Assembly (NCBI GenBank): GCA_032128375.1
Contig: JAQBGU010000246.1
Coordinates: forward strand, 37,008 to 101,007
Direction of reading: 5' to 3'
DNA: 64,000 bases
Source of the DNA: Deltaproteobacteria bacterium
GTDB lineage: Bacteria > Myxococcota_A > UBA9160 > SMWR01
Under the pieces are notes generated by a model that worked only from the letters and a program-made list of their open reading frames with translations, was not told the DNA's origin and searched no databases. Numbering within the stretch: position 1 is the first letter of the stretch; every line of letters begins with the position of its first letter. Shown in pieces: positions 18,959-29,767 of this stretch. A program made the translations under genes and the position numbers.

Positions 18959-20944
18959 ATGACCGACCCTTTCAGTGCGCCCAACCGTTCTGAGAGCGGT
19001 GCCGGCAGCACTGACAAACCGACTGCTGCCATAGACGAGGACTCACTCGACGCCGCGCTCGAGCGACTGGGTTACGGGGCGTTCCGACCCGGCCAGCGCG
19101 AAGCAATCGAGACGCTGTTGCGCGACGACCGGCTACTGCTCGTGGCGCCAACGGGTGGCGGCAAGAGCCTCATCTATCAACTTCCGGCGACCGTGCTTTC
19201 GGGAACAACGCTGGTGATTTCTCCGCTGATTTCATTGATGGCGGATCAGGTGGCCGCCCTCGAGGACCGAGGAGTCGCTGCGACGTTCCTGGCGTCGAAC
19301 CTCGAAGCCGATGCAATGCGCAGTCGGATGGCTCAGGTCGCGGAAGGCCGCTACGACCTGGTGTACGTCGCTCCGGAGCGGCTGAGTTTCGGCGGATTTC
19401 GCGCGATCATGTCGCGCATCGAGTGCCCGCTGATCGCGATCGACGAGGCCCACTGCATCAGCGAATGGGGACACGATTTTCGGCCGGACTACTTGCAGAT
19501 CGGTCGGCTGCTCGAGGAATTCCCTCAGTCTCGCGTACTCGCCTGCACTGCGACGGCGACGCCGGTGGTTCGAGACGAAATCATCGAACGGCTCGGGATT
19601 CCGGCCCAGACCCCGCAGTTGATCTACGGATTCGCGCGGCCGAACCTGGCGTTGCGCGTTCGCGAAGTCAAGCAGAAGAGCGAGCGAAACTCGGCGGTGG
19701 ATGCGGCGCTTCGCGAGGCGCTGAAGAAGCCGGGCGAGAAGCGTGGAGCCGTCATCGTGTACTGCCCGACCCGCAAGGCCGCCGAGGCCGAAGCCGAGCG
19801 CCTGGCGGACAAGGGCTGGTCGTGCATGGCATACCACGCGGGCAAGGACGGGCCGCGCCGCGAGAAAGTCCACCGAGCGTTCACGACGGGGGAACTCGAA
19901 ATCGTGGCCGCGACCAACGCGTTCGGCATGGGGATCGATCGGGCCGACGTTCGCGCGGTCATCCACCTGGCGCCGCCGGGGTCGATCGAGGCCTACTACC
20001 AGGAAGTGGGTCGCGCGGGCCGCGATGGGGACGACGCGCTCGGGTTGATGATCGTCTCGCCGGGCGACATGGCTCGACGTCGATCTCTGCTCGAAATGGA
20101 CAGCGAAGGCGGCGCTCGGGAAAGCCACGTGATCGCCCACAAGTGGGGCATGTTTCTCGAGTTGATGCGATTCGCTGAAGGTGGCAGCTGCCGTCACGAC
20201 GCGGTGTTGCGCTATTTCGGCGACGAAGCGGAAACCCTCGATGGCTGCGGCCGCTGCGATGTCTGCACGTCCATCGCGGCCGGGTTGCACGACGAAGAAC
20301 ACAGCGACGACGAGGTGACGCTGCTCGTCCGCAAGGCGCTATCTGCGGTCGCGCGCGTGCACGGACGCTACGGCCTTACAGTCGCTGTTGCGCTGTTGCG
20401 CGGAATCGACGACCCACGGCTCAGCCGTGGCGGTCTCGAGCGCACCACGACATTCGGGGTTCTCCGCGATCACAGCGAAGACTGGCTGATGCGGCTCCTG
20501 CGCCGCTGTGTAACCGCGGGCTGGGTCGATTTCTTCGGCTCCGACCGCCCTGTGGTTGCGCTGACTGAAACTGGCATCGCGGTGATGCGCGGTGAACTCC
20601 CGGTGCGCCTGTTGCTGCCGCCCATGCACGTGCGCAGCATCCCGGTTTCGAGTGCGTTCCAGACGACGGGCCGTCGTCGGTCCGGCTCGGTTGCTCGCGA
20701 AGAGCTCGATGCTCGCCAACTGATTGTCTTCGATGCGCTACGCGAACATCGGCTCGAAGTGGCGCGCGCGGCCGCAGTGCCTCCCTATGTGGTGGCGACG
20801 GACCGCTCACTGCGCGAGATCGCAATGAGCGGCCCGACACGGCTCGATGACCTTCTACTCGTTCATGGGATCGGGCCGGCGAAGGTCGAGAAATATGGGG
20901 CGGGCTGGTTGCGGGTCGTTCGGGACCACGCGGGTGAGTCGTGA
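18959..20944 (+). CDS. recQ: RecQ-family ATP-dependent DNA helicase
   Basis: APTGGGKS, DEAHCISEWGHDFRPDY, TATAT, QEVGRAGRDG, Zn-binding CRH...CGRCDVC, RQC and HRDC domains. Confidence 0.93.
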   Translation: MTDPFSAPNRSESGAGSTDKPTAAIDEDSLDAALERLGYGAFRPGQREAIETLLRDDRLLLVAPTGGGKSLIYQLPATVLSGTTLVISPLISLMADQVAALEDRGVAATFLASNLEADAMRSRMAQVAEGRYDLVYVAPERLSFGGFRAIMSRIECPLIAIDEAHCISEWGHDFRPDYLQIGRLLEEFPQSRVLACTATATPVVRDEIIERLGIPAQTPQLIYGFARPNLALRVREVKQKSERNSAVDAALREALKKPGEKRGAVIVYCPTRKAAEAEAERLADKGWSCMAYHAGKDGPRREKVHRAFTTGELEIVAATNAFGMGIDRADVRAVIHLAPPGSIEAYYQEVGRAGRDGDDALGLMIVSPGDMARRRSLLEMDSEGGARESHVIAHKWGMFLELMRFAEGGSCRHDAVLRYFGDEAETLDGCGRCDVCTSIAAGLHDEEHSDDEVTLLVRKALSAVARVHGRYGLTVAVALLRGIDDPRLSRGGLERTTTFGVLRDHSEDWLMRLLRRCVTAGWVDFFGSDRPVVALTETGIAVMRGELPVRLLLPPMHVRSIPVSSAFQTTGRRRSGSVAREELDARQLIVFDALREHRLEVARAAAVPPYVVATDRSLREIAMSGPTRLDDLLLVHGIGPAKVEKYGAGWLRVVRDHAGES

Positions 20945-21364
20945 CGCGATCGCGATGCGGATGCATGGCGTTCCCGTACCACGTTCAGACGTCGGCCGCG
21001 AGCCGTCGCATGCTTGCGGCGCGTTCGGATGGCGATACGCCGCACCGGTATTGGCCGCAAGGTCTCCCGATACGTGCATCGCCGTTCCGTGTCGATCTCC
21101 TTCACATGGCATCGGTGGAATCTCCTGCCGTTCGAGGCGGAAGCCTGCGGAACCCGGGGCCGGATCCGACCGCAGAGCGCGTTGTCGCCAGCTCCGGTCG
21201 CGAGAGGCTTCGGCGATTGTCAGGCTGACGCCATCGGCAGTGACTGAAACCGATTCTTGCGCTCGCGAAGTTCCGCACAGGCGAAGTCCTCAAGAGTCGA
21301 GCGCTCGTCGCCGATGCGAAGGAGACGATTGCGGGGATGCTCAATCCGTGCGAAAAATGGACAC

Positions 21365-21751
21365 ATGACCGCCCATTTTCAACACCGCCAGCGAACGAAG
21401 CTGTTTCAGTCAGCTCCGAAGCTTCGCGCATCGCTGATGATGTTGCTCGCTCTCGCTGCGGTTTGTGCATCGCTAGTGCCCTGCGACGCGACCACTCTGG
21501 ATTGCGACGCAACCCAATTTGTATCCGCCGCCACCGAACTCCCTTCTTCGCCGCGCGAATCGTCCTCAGGATGCGCTGATGATTGCCTGTGTTTGTGCGC
21601 TGGCTGCTGCTCGGCTGCTCTGGTCCCACAGCTCGTGAGTCTTGAAATCGACCATCGTTCGAATGAAGTCGCCACAGCGAGAAAGACTCTCTTCGCTCGC
21701 ATTGTTTCCGAACGGCTTTTTCATCCTCCTCGACTCTACTCCGTCGTTTGA
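21365..21751 (+). CDS. Small Cys-rich leader protein (CzcI/DUF2946-like architecture) upstream of czcCBA
   Basis: Hydrophobic segment MMLLALAAVCASLVP, Cys cluster CADDCLCLCAGCC, C-terminal ERLFHPPR; start uncertain. Confidence 0.6.
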   Translation: MTAHFQHRQRTKLFQSAPKLRASLMMLLALAAVCASLVPCDATTLDCDATQFVSAATELPSSPRESSSGCADDCLCLCAGCCSAALVPQLVSLEIDHRSNEVATARKTLFARIVSERLFHPPRLYSVV

Positions 21752-21840
21752 CCAGGTCGATGCTCGGCGCCCGCAAGTCGGGTTGTCGCGCATATTGAAG
21801 AGGGGCGTAGTCCCCCGTGCCTATCGACGGAAGAGTCCGA

Positions 21841-23130
21841 ATGCACCCTAAAAATCTCGGCGTGGCCAGAACCGCGCTTCTGATATCCCTGTTTTCGTGC
21901 CCCCATCTGGCGGCTGCGCAGCTGGAACCTGCGCGCACGATCGACCTCGCCGAGGCACTCGAGGTTGCTCGCAAGCACAGTCCGCTTCTCGAGGCTGCAA
22001 GGGCGCGCATCGCCGAAGCAGATGGCGACCTGACCCAAGCGGGCCTCCTGCTCGTTGGCAACCCGGAACTCGAACTGTCGGCCGGACCGAGATTCTCGAG
22101 CCAGCGAGGCGGAAGCTCGGAGCTCGATGCTGAAGTAGCCCTCGCTCAGCGTTTCGAAACTGGCGGACAGCGCCGACATCGAGTCGCACGCTCGGAGGCA
22201 CTGGCGACCGCCTCTCGTGCTCAGTCAGCCGATGTATCGCGCGATGTTTCTCGAGCCGTGGCCTCAGTCTTCTACGAGGTACTCGGAGTATCCGAGCAGC
22301 TTCAGCTCACAAGAGAGAACGTCGCACTCGGAGAAAACCTCTATGACATTGCCCGGTCTAGGGTTTCGGCCGGAGCCGCAGCGCCGCTCGAAGAGAACAC
22401 GGCCCGCATTCGTCGAGCGGCAGCCAAGCGCCAACTGATTCAAGTGGAAACGCTCGTGAAGAACGCGACGATTCGCCTCGCAACCACGCTCGGCCTCGAT
22501 CCAGCGACGGCGCTACAGGTCGAAGGCACACTCCCGAGGATCGGCAACCTTCCATCTCTCCCTGACCTGCTCGAGCGAGCCGAAAGAGGCCACCCGCGCC
22601 TTCTTGCCTCGCAGGCGGCGCTGGAAGCGGTCCAGAGCGCTGCGGCGCTCGCCAACGCGGAGGCATGGCCCGACGTATCCCTCGGAGCCTCGTATGCCCG
22701 TGACGAGAAAGACGACATCGTCATGGGTGGCCTCACGGTCGAAATCCCGCTTTTCGATCGGAACCAAGGTGAACGCCAACGCACGAAGGCTGCAAGTCAC
22801 CGGGCGTTAGCAACGGCGCGTTCCGTCCGCCTCGAAATCGACTCAGAGCTTCGACGCAGCTACGCCGACTACGAAGCGGCGATGCGCTCAGTCGCTGCAT
22901 TTGACGACGACGTCCTTCGTTCGCATCGCGAGAACCTGCGCCTCATCGAGGCCATGTTCCGAGCCGGGAAGATCCAATTCGTCGATGTGGTTCTGTTGCA
23001 GCGCGAATTGATTGAAGGCCGGCTTGGCTACCTGAGCGCGCGCCTCGAACTTGCGCACGCCGAAATTGCGACGCGGGCCGCTGCCGGTCTTGACCTGGCG
23101 ACTGGTTCAACTGGGAGTGACTTACCGTGA
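21841..23130 (+). CDS. czcC: TolC-family outer membrane efflux protein (CzcC-like)
   Basis: Signal peptide, NPELEL, LAQRFETGGQR, WPDVSLG, IPLFDRNQG; first gene of the CBA operon. Confidence 0.85.
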   Translation: MHPKNLGVARTALLISLFSCPHLAAAQLEPARTIDLAEALEVARKHSPLLEAARARIAEADGDLTQAGLLLVGNPELELSAGPRFSSQRGGSSELDAEVALAQRFETGGQRRHRVARSEALATASRAQSADVSRDVSRAVASVFYEVLGVSEQLQLTRENVALGENLYDIARSRVSAGAAAPLEENTARIRRAAAKRQLIQVETLVKNATIRLATTLGLDPATALQVEGTLPRIGNLPSLPDLLERAERGHPRLLASQAALEAVQSAAALANAEAWPDVSLGASYARDEKDDIVMGGLTVEIPLFDRNQGERQRTKAASHRALATARSVRLEIDSELRRSYADYEAAMRSVAAFDDDVLRSHRENLRLIEAMFRAGKIQFVDVVLLQRELIEGRLGYLSARLELAHAEIATRAAAGLDLATGSTGSDLP

Positions 23131-24314
23131 GGAGGACCACGATTTCTATCATCTTCTCTTGGCTTGCTTCGGTGGCTTTTCTTTCGTCGCTTCTTCTCGG
23201 CTGCAGCCCTGCCTCGGAAGATGAAGGCAAGGAAAGCGAGCCAGAGCGCGAGTCCGTATCTGACCGCGTTCAGCTGAACCAGGAAGCTCTCGACCACCTC
23301 TCTCTCGTATACGTGGTGGCAGAAGAAATCGCCCTCGAGCCAACACTTATGGTGAGCGCAGAACTCGTGCCGGTACCCGACCGGCACGCCGAAGTCGGCA
23401 CGCTCGTCTCGGGCCGTATCGCCAAGGTGCATGTCAATGTCGGTGACGAAGTCGAGCTCGGTGCACCTCTGATTGATGTCGATAGCCCCGAGGTCGGAAG
23501 AGCTCGCGCCGAACTCATCAAAGCCCGCGCTGAACTCGAAGTAGCGCTCGCCGCCGCGGAACGCGAACGAGGTCTCCTCTCCGAGCGCGCCACGTCCAAG
23601 CGCGAGGTAGAAGTCGCCGAAGGAGCATTGAAGACTGCTCGTGCTCGGCATCGGGCCGCCCAGGCACTTCTTGCGACTCTCGGTGCGGGCGACCAACCGG
23701 AAACCGCTCCCGCGAATGCAGCGCGTGTTGTGCTTCGAAGCCCTGTCGCGGGGACCGTAGTTGCCCGCAATGCCCACGTCGGCAGAGCTGCCGAGCCCGG
23801 AGGAACTCTCATTGAGGTCGTAGACCTTGATGAACTCTGGCTCCTGGCGGACGTCTACGAACGGGACCTGAGCCTCGTCGCCAACGGACAGAGCGTTCAG
23901 GTGGGCGTGCAGTCTTACCCGGATGCTTCGTTTAGCGGCATCGTTGACCACATCTCAGGGACGATCGATGAACGAACGCGAGCCGCGAAAGTTCGCGTCG
24001 TGCTGCCAAACATCGACCGACGGCTTCGCCCTGGCATGTTTGCGACTGCGCGAATCGCAGGAACTCATGACCACGCTCCGCAGCGCACGCTTGCCGTACC
24101 AGCATCCGCGGTGCAGACGATTGACGACCATCGGGCGTTATTCGTGCGCCTCGGCGAAGGGCTTTTCGAACTTCGACGGGTTCACACAGGCGAGCGTGCC
24201 GGCAACCTGATAGAGGTGCTAAATGGCATCGCGCCAGGTGACGAAGTCGTCTCGGACGGAAGTTTCCTTCTCAAGGGCCAGCTCCTTCGCTCAACGCTTG
24301 CAGAGGAAGAATAG
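23127..24314 (+). CDS. czcB: RND membrane fusion protein (CzcB/CusB-like)
   Basis: Lipobox LLLGC, SGRIAKVHVNVGD, LRSPVAGTV, LRPGMFA, GDEVVSDGSFLLK. Confidence 0.88.
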   Translation: MRRTTISIIFSWLASVAFLSSLLLGCSPASEDEGKESEPERESVSDRVQLNQEALDHLSLVYVVAEEIALEPTLMVSAELVPVPDRHAEVGTLVSGRIAKVHVNVGDEVELGAPLIDVDSPEVGRARAELIKARAELEVALAAAERERGLLSERATSKREVEVAEGALKTARARHRAAQALLATLGAGDQPETAPANAARVVLRSPVAGTVVARNAHVGRAAEPGGTLIEVVDLDELWLLADVYERDLSLVANGQSVQVGVQSYPDASFSGIVDHISGTIDERTRAAKVRVVLPNIDRRLRPGMFATARIAGTHDHAPQRTLAVPASAVQTIDDHRALFVRLGEGLFELRRVHTGERAGNLIEVLNGIAPGDEVVSDGSFLLKGQLLRSTLAEEE

Positions 24315-27300
24315 TGGCAGAGCGACTCGTTGCGTGGGCTCTCAGAAGTCGGTTTCTCGTTCTTTCTCTCGCATTTCTTCTCGTCGTTGCCGGCTTGGAG
24401 CACATGCGTCGCCTCCAGATTGACGCAGTTCCCGACGTCACCAACGTGCAGGTTCAGGTGCTTACAACGGCCCCCGCCCTGGCCCCTCTCGAAGTGGAGC
24501 AGCTGGTCACCTTCCCGGTCGAGGCAGCGATGGCGGGCCTCCCGAACCTTGAAGAGATTCGCTCGGTCTCCAAGTTCGGCCTCTCGGCGGTCACAGTCGT
24601 CTTCACCGAAGGGACCGACATATTCCGCGCTCGGCAGCTTGTTTCGGAACGGCTCAGCGAGGCGCGAGAAAGCGTTCCCGCGAGTTATGGAGTTCCGGAA
24701 ATGGGCCCGATTGCGACGGGACTCGGCGAGATATTCCAGTTCGAAGTGCGCGGCGAACCATCTTGCGAAACGGTCGCCGACCGCCCGGATTGCTATTCCC
24801 CGATGGAACTCCGAACCATCCTCGACTGGTTTGTTGCGTACCAGCTAAAAGCCGTCTCCGGCGTTGTAGAGGTGAACACCTTCGGTGGGGAACTCAAAAC
24901 CTACGAAGTGCAGCCAGACCCGTTTGCGCTTCGAAGCCACGACCTGTCGCTCGCCACAATATTCGACGCCCTGGAGAAAAATAATCGGAACGTGGGCGGC
25001 GCCTACATGGTTCGAAACCGAGAACAGGTCGTTATTCGCGGCGAGGGATTACTCAAAGACATCTCGGATATTGAGAATGTGGTCCTTCGCACAAGTGAAG
25101 ACGGAACACCTCTCTACATCCGAAATGTGGCGACCGTGGTGCTGGCCCCGTTGGTGCGACAGGGCGTCGTCACGCGAGACGGACAAGGCGAAGCCGTGCT
25201 CGGCATCGTGATGATGCTGATGGGGGAGAACTCAAGAAACGTCGTAGATGGAGTAAAGGCCAAGATCGAGTCCTTCTCGGCCAGTCTGCCCCCAGGAGTC
25301 AGCATCGAGCCCTTCTACGACCGGACTGAGCTTGTGGGCCGCACGATTCGCACTGTGCAGACCAACCTTCTCGAGGGAGGTCTTCTCGTATTGGCCGTTC
25401 TGTTTCTCATGCTCGGGAACCTCCGCGGAGGACTCATCGTTGCCTCGGCAATCCCGCTCTCGATGCTATTCGCGTTTATCGGGATGGTGCAAGGAGGCGT
25501 TTCTGGCAATCTCATGAGCCTCGGCGCTATTGACTTCGGGCTCATCGTCGACGGCTCAGTCGTGATGGTGGAGAACGTCTTTCGACTGATGGCAGACAAG
25601 CAGCGCTCTCGCGTTCCAACGCTCGAAATCGTGCGAGAAGCGGCTGCCGAAGCCGCACGGCCCGTGGCCTTTGCGGTCGGCATCATCATGATTGTCTACC
25701 TGCCGATTTTTACACTGACAGGCGTCGAAGGGAAAATGTTCAAGCCGATGGCGCTCACGGTGCTACTCGCCCTTGGCGGGTCTCTCATTCTGGCGCTCAC
25801 CCTGGTGCCGGTGCTCGCGTCGCTGGTTCTTCGGCGCGCCACTTCGCATCAAGAGACTTGGCTCGTTCGAAACATTCGAGGGCTGTATACGCCACTTCTC
25901 GACCGAGCCCGAGGGCGCCGCATCGCGCTTGTCTCGGGAAGCGCAGCGCTCTTCTTCCTTAGCCTCCTCGCCGCATCGTTGATGGGAACAGAGTTCATTC
26001 CCAAACTGGACGAAGGCGCGATTGCACTTCAGGTTTGGCGACTCCCGTCGGTTTCCGTGGATGAAGCCGCGAAGCAGTCAACGATGCTCGAAGCGGTACT
26101 TCTTCGCGAGTTCGGCGATGAGGTCGAAACAATTGTGTCGAAGACCGGACGCCCGGAAATCGCGACCGACCCGATGGGTGTCGAAATGAGCGACGTGTTC
26201 GTCATGCTTCGGCCGAAGGAGGAGTGGCGTTACGACTCGAAAACGGAGCTCATCGAGGGAATGGCGGACGTACTCAACAAGTCGGTTCCCGCCGCAGCCT
26301 TCGGATTCTCTCAGCCAATCGAACTTCGCGTGAGTGAGCTCATTTCTGGCGTTCGCTCCGATGTCGCCATCAAAGTATTCGGGGACGACCTCGATGAGCT
26401 CAGTGAACTCGGCGAAGCCATCGCGAGCGTGATTCGAGGCCTAACCGGCGCCTCCGATGTGAAGCTCGAGCAGGTCTCTGGCCTCCCGATTCTGACCGCA
26501 ACGGTCGACCGTCACGCAGTTGCGCGACACGGAGTGGCGGCAGATGACGTGCTCACCGCGATCGAATCATTGGGAGGGCGAGCGGCCGGGGTCGTGGTGG
26601 AGGGCGAGAAACGATTCCGGCTCCAGGTGCGCTTCCCACCGGAAGTCCGAAATGACCCGGATGCAATTGCTCGTATTCCCATCGTTTCTTCGACATCTCG
26701 GCTCATGCCACTTGGCGAGCTGGTCTCCTTCGACCTCGAGCCCGCCCCGGCGCAGGTCAGCCGTGAGCGAATCCATCGGCGGATTACGGTTGAAGCGAAT
26801 GTCAGAGGACGCGACATCGGTTCATTCGTCGCCGATGCGAAGGCGGCGCTCGCGAGGCGAGTCGAGTTTCCGCCCGGCTACACGGTGGAGTGGGGTGGAC
26901 AGTTCGAGAATCTCGAGCGCGCTTCGGGGCGGCTCGCGATCGTGGTTCCACTCACGCTCATTCTGATTTTTGTGCTGCTCTACACTGCCTTTGACGCCTA
27001 CCGTCCAGCGGTTCTGATCTTTCTGAACGTTCCATTCGCTGCGACCGGCGGAATTATCGCGCTGCTCGCCCGGGGGATGCCGCTCAGCATCTCAGCCGGA
27101 GTCGGGTTCATCGCACTCTTTGGCGTTGCCGTCATGAATGGCGTCGTGCTCGTCTCCTACGTGAGGAAGCTCGAACTCGAAGAGAATCTTCCAGCTGCCG
27201 AAGCCGCTCGCCGCGGAGCCCTGACGCGAATGCGTCCGGTACTCATGACCGCGCTCGTTGCTGCCCTTGGCTTCGTCCCTATGGCGCTTGCGAGCGGTGC

Positions 27301-27466
27301 CGGAGCCGAGGTGCAGCGACCGCTCGCCACCGTTGTCATCGGGGGGCTTGTGACGTCGACGTTTCTGACGCTCTTCGTGCTGCCGTCGGTCTATCCGTGG
27401 TTTTCCTCGGCGGATGGACCCGAGATGGCCGCACCTCTCTCTGAGTCGAAGCCTCGAGTTTCATGA
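24314..27466 (+). CDS. czcA: CusA/CzcA-family heavy-metal RND permease (divalent, CzcA-type)
   Basis: IDAVPDVTNVQVQV, NLMSLGAIDFGLIVDGSVVMVEN, EGKMFKPMA, RMRPVLMTA, GAEVQRPLATVVIGG. Confidence 0.93.
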   Translation: MAERLVAWALRSRFLVLSLAFLLVVAGLEHMRRLQIDAVPDVTNVQVQVLTTAPALAPLEVEQLVTFPVEAAMAGLPNLEEIRSVSKFGLSAVTVVFTEGTDIFRARQLVSERLSEARESVPASYGVPEMGPIATGLGEIFQFEVRGEPSCETVADRPDCYSPMELRTILDWFVAYQLKAVSGVVEVNTFGGELKTYEVQPDPFALRSHDLSLATIFDALEKNNRNVGGAYMVRNREQVVIRGEGLLKDISDIENVVLRTSEDGTPLYIRNVATVVLAPLVRQGVVTRDGQGEAVLGIVMMLMGENSRNVVDGVKAKIESFSASLPPGVSIEPFYDRTELVGRTIRTVQTNLLEGGLLVLAVLFLMLGNLRGGLIVASAIPLSMLFAFIGMVQGGVSGNLMSLGAIDFGLIVDGSVVMVENVFRLMADKQRSRVPTLEIVREAAAEAARPVAFAVGIIMIVYLPIFTLTGVEGKMFKPMALTVLLALGGSLILALTLVPVLASLVLRRATSHQETWLVRNIRGLYTPLLDRARGRRIALVSGSAALFFLSLLAASLMGTEFIPKLDEGAIALQVWRLPSVSVDEAAKQSTMLEAVLLREFGDEVETIVSKTGRPEIATDPMGVEMSDVFVMLRPKEEWRYDSKTELIEGMADVLNKSVPAAAFGFSQPIELRVSELISGVRSDVAIKVFGDDLDELSELGEAIASVIRGLTGASDVKLEQVSGLPILTATVDRHAVARHGVAADDVLTAIESLGGRAAGVVVEGEKRFRLQVRFPPEVRNDPDAIARIPIVSSTSRLMPLGELVSFDLEPAPAQVSRERIHRRITVEANVRGRDIGSFVADAKAALARRVEFPPGYTVEWGGQFENLERASGRLAIVVPLTLILIFVLLYTAFDAYRPAVLIFLNVPFAATGGIIALLARGMPLSISAGVGFIALFGVAVMNGVVLVSYVRKLELEENLPAAEAARRGALTRMRPVLMTALVAALGFVPMALASGAGAEVQRPLATVVIGGLVTSTFLTLFVLPSVYPWFSSADGPEMAAPLSESKPRVS

Positions 27467-27732
27467 GCTCACCGAATCGCTCGATGGTAAGCACTCTTTG
27501 CTCGGCGATCGTTGCTCTCGGCATGGTTGCGGGCTCCGTGGCTCGACTGCGCGCGGATTCGCCGCGATAATTCGCGGCCGGTGCCGCTTGGTGAGCTACC
27601 CGCAAAGAAATGGAGGCCCATTTGGAGGGAGCATCCTCCGGATGGGAGTCTGCCCTGACGGGGCAAGGTCAGTCACGCGCGGGCTGACATCCAAGTCCTG
27701 CAGGAGGCATCACACTGACTCAGTTCGACAGC

Positions 27733-28830
27733 ATGACCTCAGGCCTGTTCGTACCCGGACGCTTGTGTCTATTTGGAGAGCATTCGGATTGGGCGGGTGG
27801 TTACCGAGTCAATCACCCGGAGATTGCCTTCGGACACTGCCTCGTGGCCGGGACCGACCAGGGGCTCCGCGCATCCGCGAGCCGCACCGACGGGTTCTTC
27901 GAGATCACGAGTGAGTTCGTCGAAGGCGAGCGAGCCGGACCCGAGCGCATCGAAACGGACGATCGTTCGCTCGCGGCCGCCGCATCTGGCTCTGGCTTCT
28001 TCAGCTACGCGGCGGCAACGCTGGCCGAACTCCGCTCGCGTTATCAGATCGACGGTCTGCGCTTGGACGTGCAATCAGACCTCCCGGTTCGCAAGGGGCT
28101 GTCGTCTTCCGCCGCGATCTGCGTATTGGTGGCGCGTGCTGCGTCTCGTGTCTACGACCTCGACCTCTCGATAGAACAAGAGATGGATATCGCATACGCG
28201 GGTGAACGCCGGACGGGCTCCGAGTGCGGACGCATGGATCAGATTTGCGCCTTCGGCCGCGGCCCCGTCGCGATGCAGATTGACGGCAGCGAACCGCGAT
28301 TCGATCCGGTTCGGTGTGCTGGTGTTTTTCACCTGTTGATCGTGGATCTGTGTCGGGGAAAGGACACCCAAAAGATCCTGGCTGACCTGAATGCCTGCTT
28401 TCCAGCGACCCGCGGAGCGATTGCTGCCGGCGTGCGGGACGCGCTGGGTGAAAAAAACCAGCTGATCCTGGCGCACGCGCGCGATCATCTCGCCACAGGC
28501 AACAGCCGTGGACTCGGCGAACTGATGACGAAGGCGCAGCAGATCTTCGATGAGTGCATCGCCCCTGCGTGCTCGGAACTCGTCGCGCCGCGGCTACATG
28601 AGGTGCTCGCTGATGACGCGGTTCGGGAACTCGGTTGGGGCGGGAAGGGCGTCGGTTCGCAAGGGGACGGATGCGCACAGATCGTGGCCCGAGGCGCCAA
28701 GGAGCGCGATGTCCTCGCCAATCAGCTGGAGTCGAAGCTGGCTGTGCGTTGTCTGACCATGACACTGGGCGACGATCAGCAACCCAGCCCAGAAAACGAG
28801 ACAGTAACCAAGCCATCAACTACGACGTAA
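27733..28830 (+). CDS. GHMP family kinase (galactokinase/mevalonate kinase-like)
   Basis: PGRLCLFGEHSD, LPVRKGLSSSAA, CGRMDQ, GGKGVGSQGDG. Confidence 0.88.
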   Translation: MTSGLFVPGRLCLFGEHSDWAGGYRVNHPEIAFGHCLVAGTDQGLRASASRTDGFFEITSEFVEGERAGPERIETDDRSLAAAASGSGFFSYAAATLAELRSRYQIDGLRLDVQSDLPVRKGLSSSAAICVLVARAASRVYDLDLSIEQEMDIAYAGERRTGSECGRMDQICAFGRGPVAMQIDGSEPRFDPVRCAGVFHLLIVDLCRGKDTQKILADLNACFPATRGAIAAGVRDALGEKNQLILAHARDHLATGNSRGLGELMTKAQQIFDECIAPACSELVAPRLHEVLADDAVRELGWGGKGVGSQGDGCAQIVARGAKERDVLANQLESKLAVRCLTMTLGDDQQPSPENETVTKPSTTT

Positions 28831-28926
28831 TCAGATCGTGCGTACGACAATGGCGGCATCACGCGCCAGCGTTGTGTTTCGCACCAGCGGCTTTCGGTCA
28901 GGAAATCGGAGGGTGAGGAACTCGGA

Positions 28927-29730
28927 TTGAACGCGAGATGGCGCAATGACGCAGCGAGAACTGCTCCGGTCGTCGCGACTGTCGTCGCGCTCGTCGTCGG
29001 GATGGGGGCACAAGGAGCCAGTGCCACGGACGTTGACCTTTACGCGAGTACACTCGAGCAGTACACCCGAGACGTAGCCGAGACGGTCGGCACGCGAGTC
29101 GACTACCCGGGACTTCGCGTAGCCGCAGGCTGGCCGAAACTGATCCAGAGCCTCCGGGGCAGCGATCTCTCGCGGGTTCGCAGCACCGCGCAGAAGAAGG
29201 CGTTTTGGATCAACGCCTACAACATTCTCGCGATCGATCGGGTCGTTCACGGTGCGCCCAAAAACAGCATTCGCGAACTCGGCTCGCTGTTTCAGTCGGT
29301 CTGGAAACAGCCGGCAGCAATGATCGATGGCCTGCCGGTCACGCTGGACCAGATCGAGCACGAGATTCTGCGCCCGATGGGCGATCCTCGGATCCACGCA
29401 GCCATCGTTTGCGCGTCGACTTCGTGTCCATCGCTGCTCCGGGAGCCCTGGACCGCCGAACGGTTGGAAGACCAGTTCGATCGCTCACTGCGTCGCTGGC
29501 TCGCCGACCCCAGAAAGGGAGTGTCGATCGATCGCCCGTCGAACACTGTGCGGCTCTCCCGGATTTTCCAATGGTTCGCAGGCGATTTCGACTCTAGCGG
29601 TGGCGTCGTGCGTTTCGTCGCCGGATACTTGACTGAATCGGATGGAGATTGGCTTCGAGCGCACATCGACACGGTCAACGTCGGCTACCTCGGATACGAT
29701 TGGACGCTGAACCGGCTCGGGAGCCCGTGA
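28927..29730 (+). CDS. DUF547 domain exported protein
   Basis: AFWINAYN, TLDQIEHEILR, DPRIHAAIVCASTSCP, LSRIFQWF, YDWTLN. Confidence 0.9.
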   Translation: MNARWRNDAARTAPVVATVVALVVGMGAQGASATDVDLYASTLEQYTRDVAETVGTRVDYPGLRVAAGWPKLIQSLRGSDLSRVRSTAQKKAFWINAYNILAIDRVVHGAPKNSIRELGSLFQSVWKQPAAMIDGLPVTLDQIEHEILRPMGDPRIHAAIVCASTSCPSLLREPWTAERLEDQFDRSLRRWLADPRKGVSIDRPSNTVRLSRIFQWFAGDFDSSGGVVRFVAGYLTESDGDWLRAHIDTVNVGYLGYDWTLNRLGSP

Positions 29731-29767
29731 GCCCGTTTGGCGCGCACGGCAAACTGGAGAAATTGGC

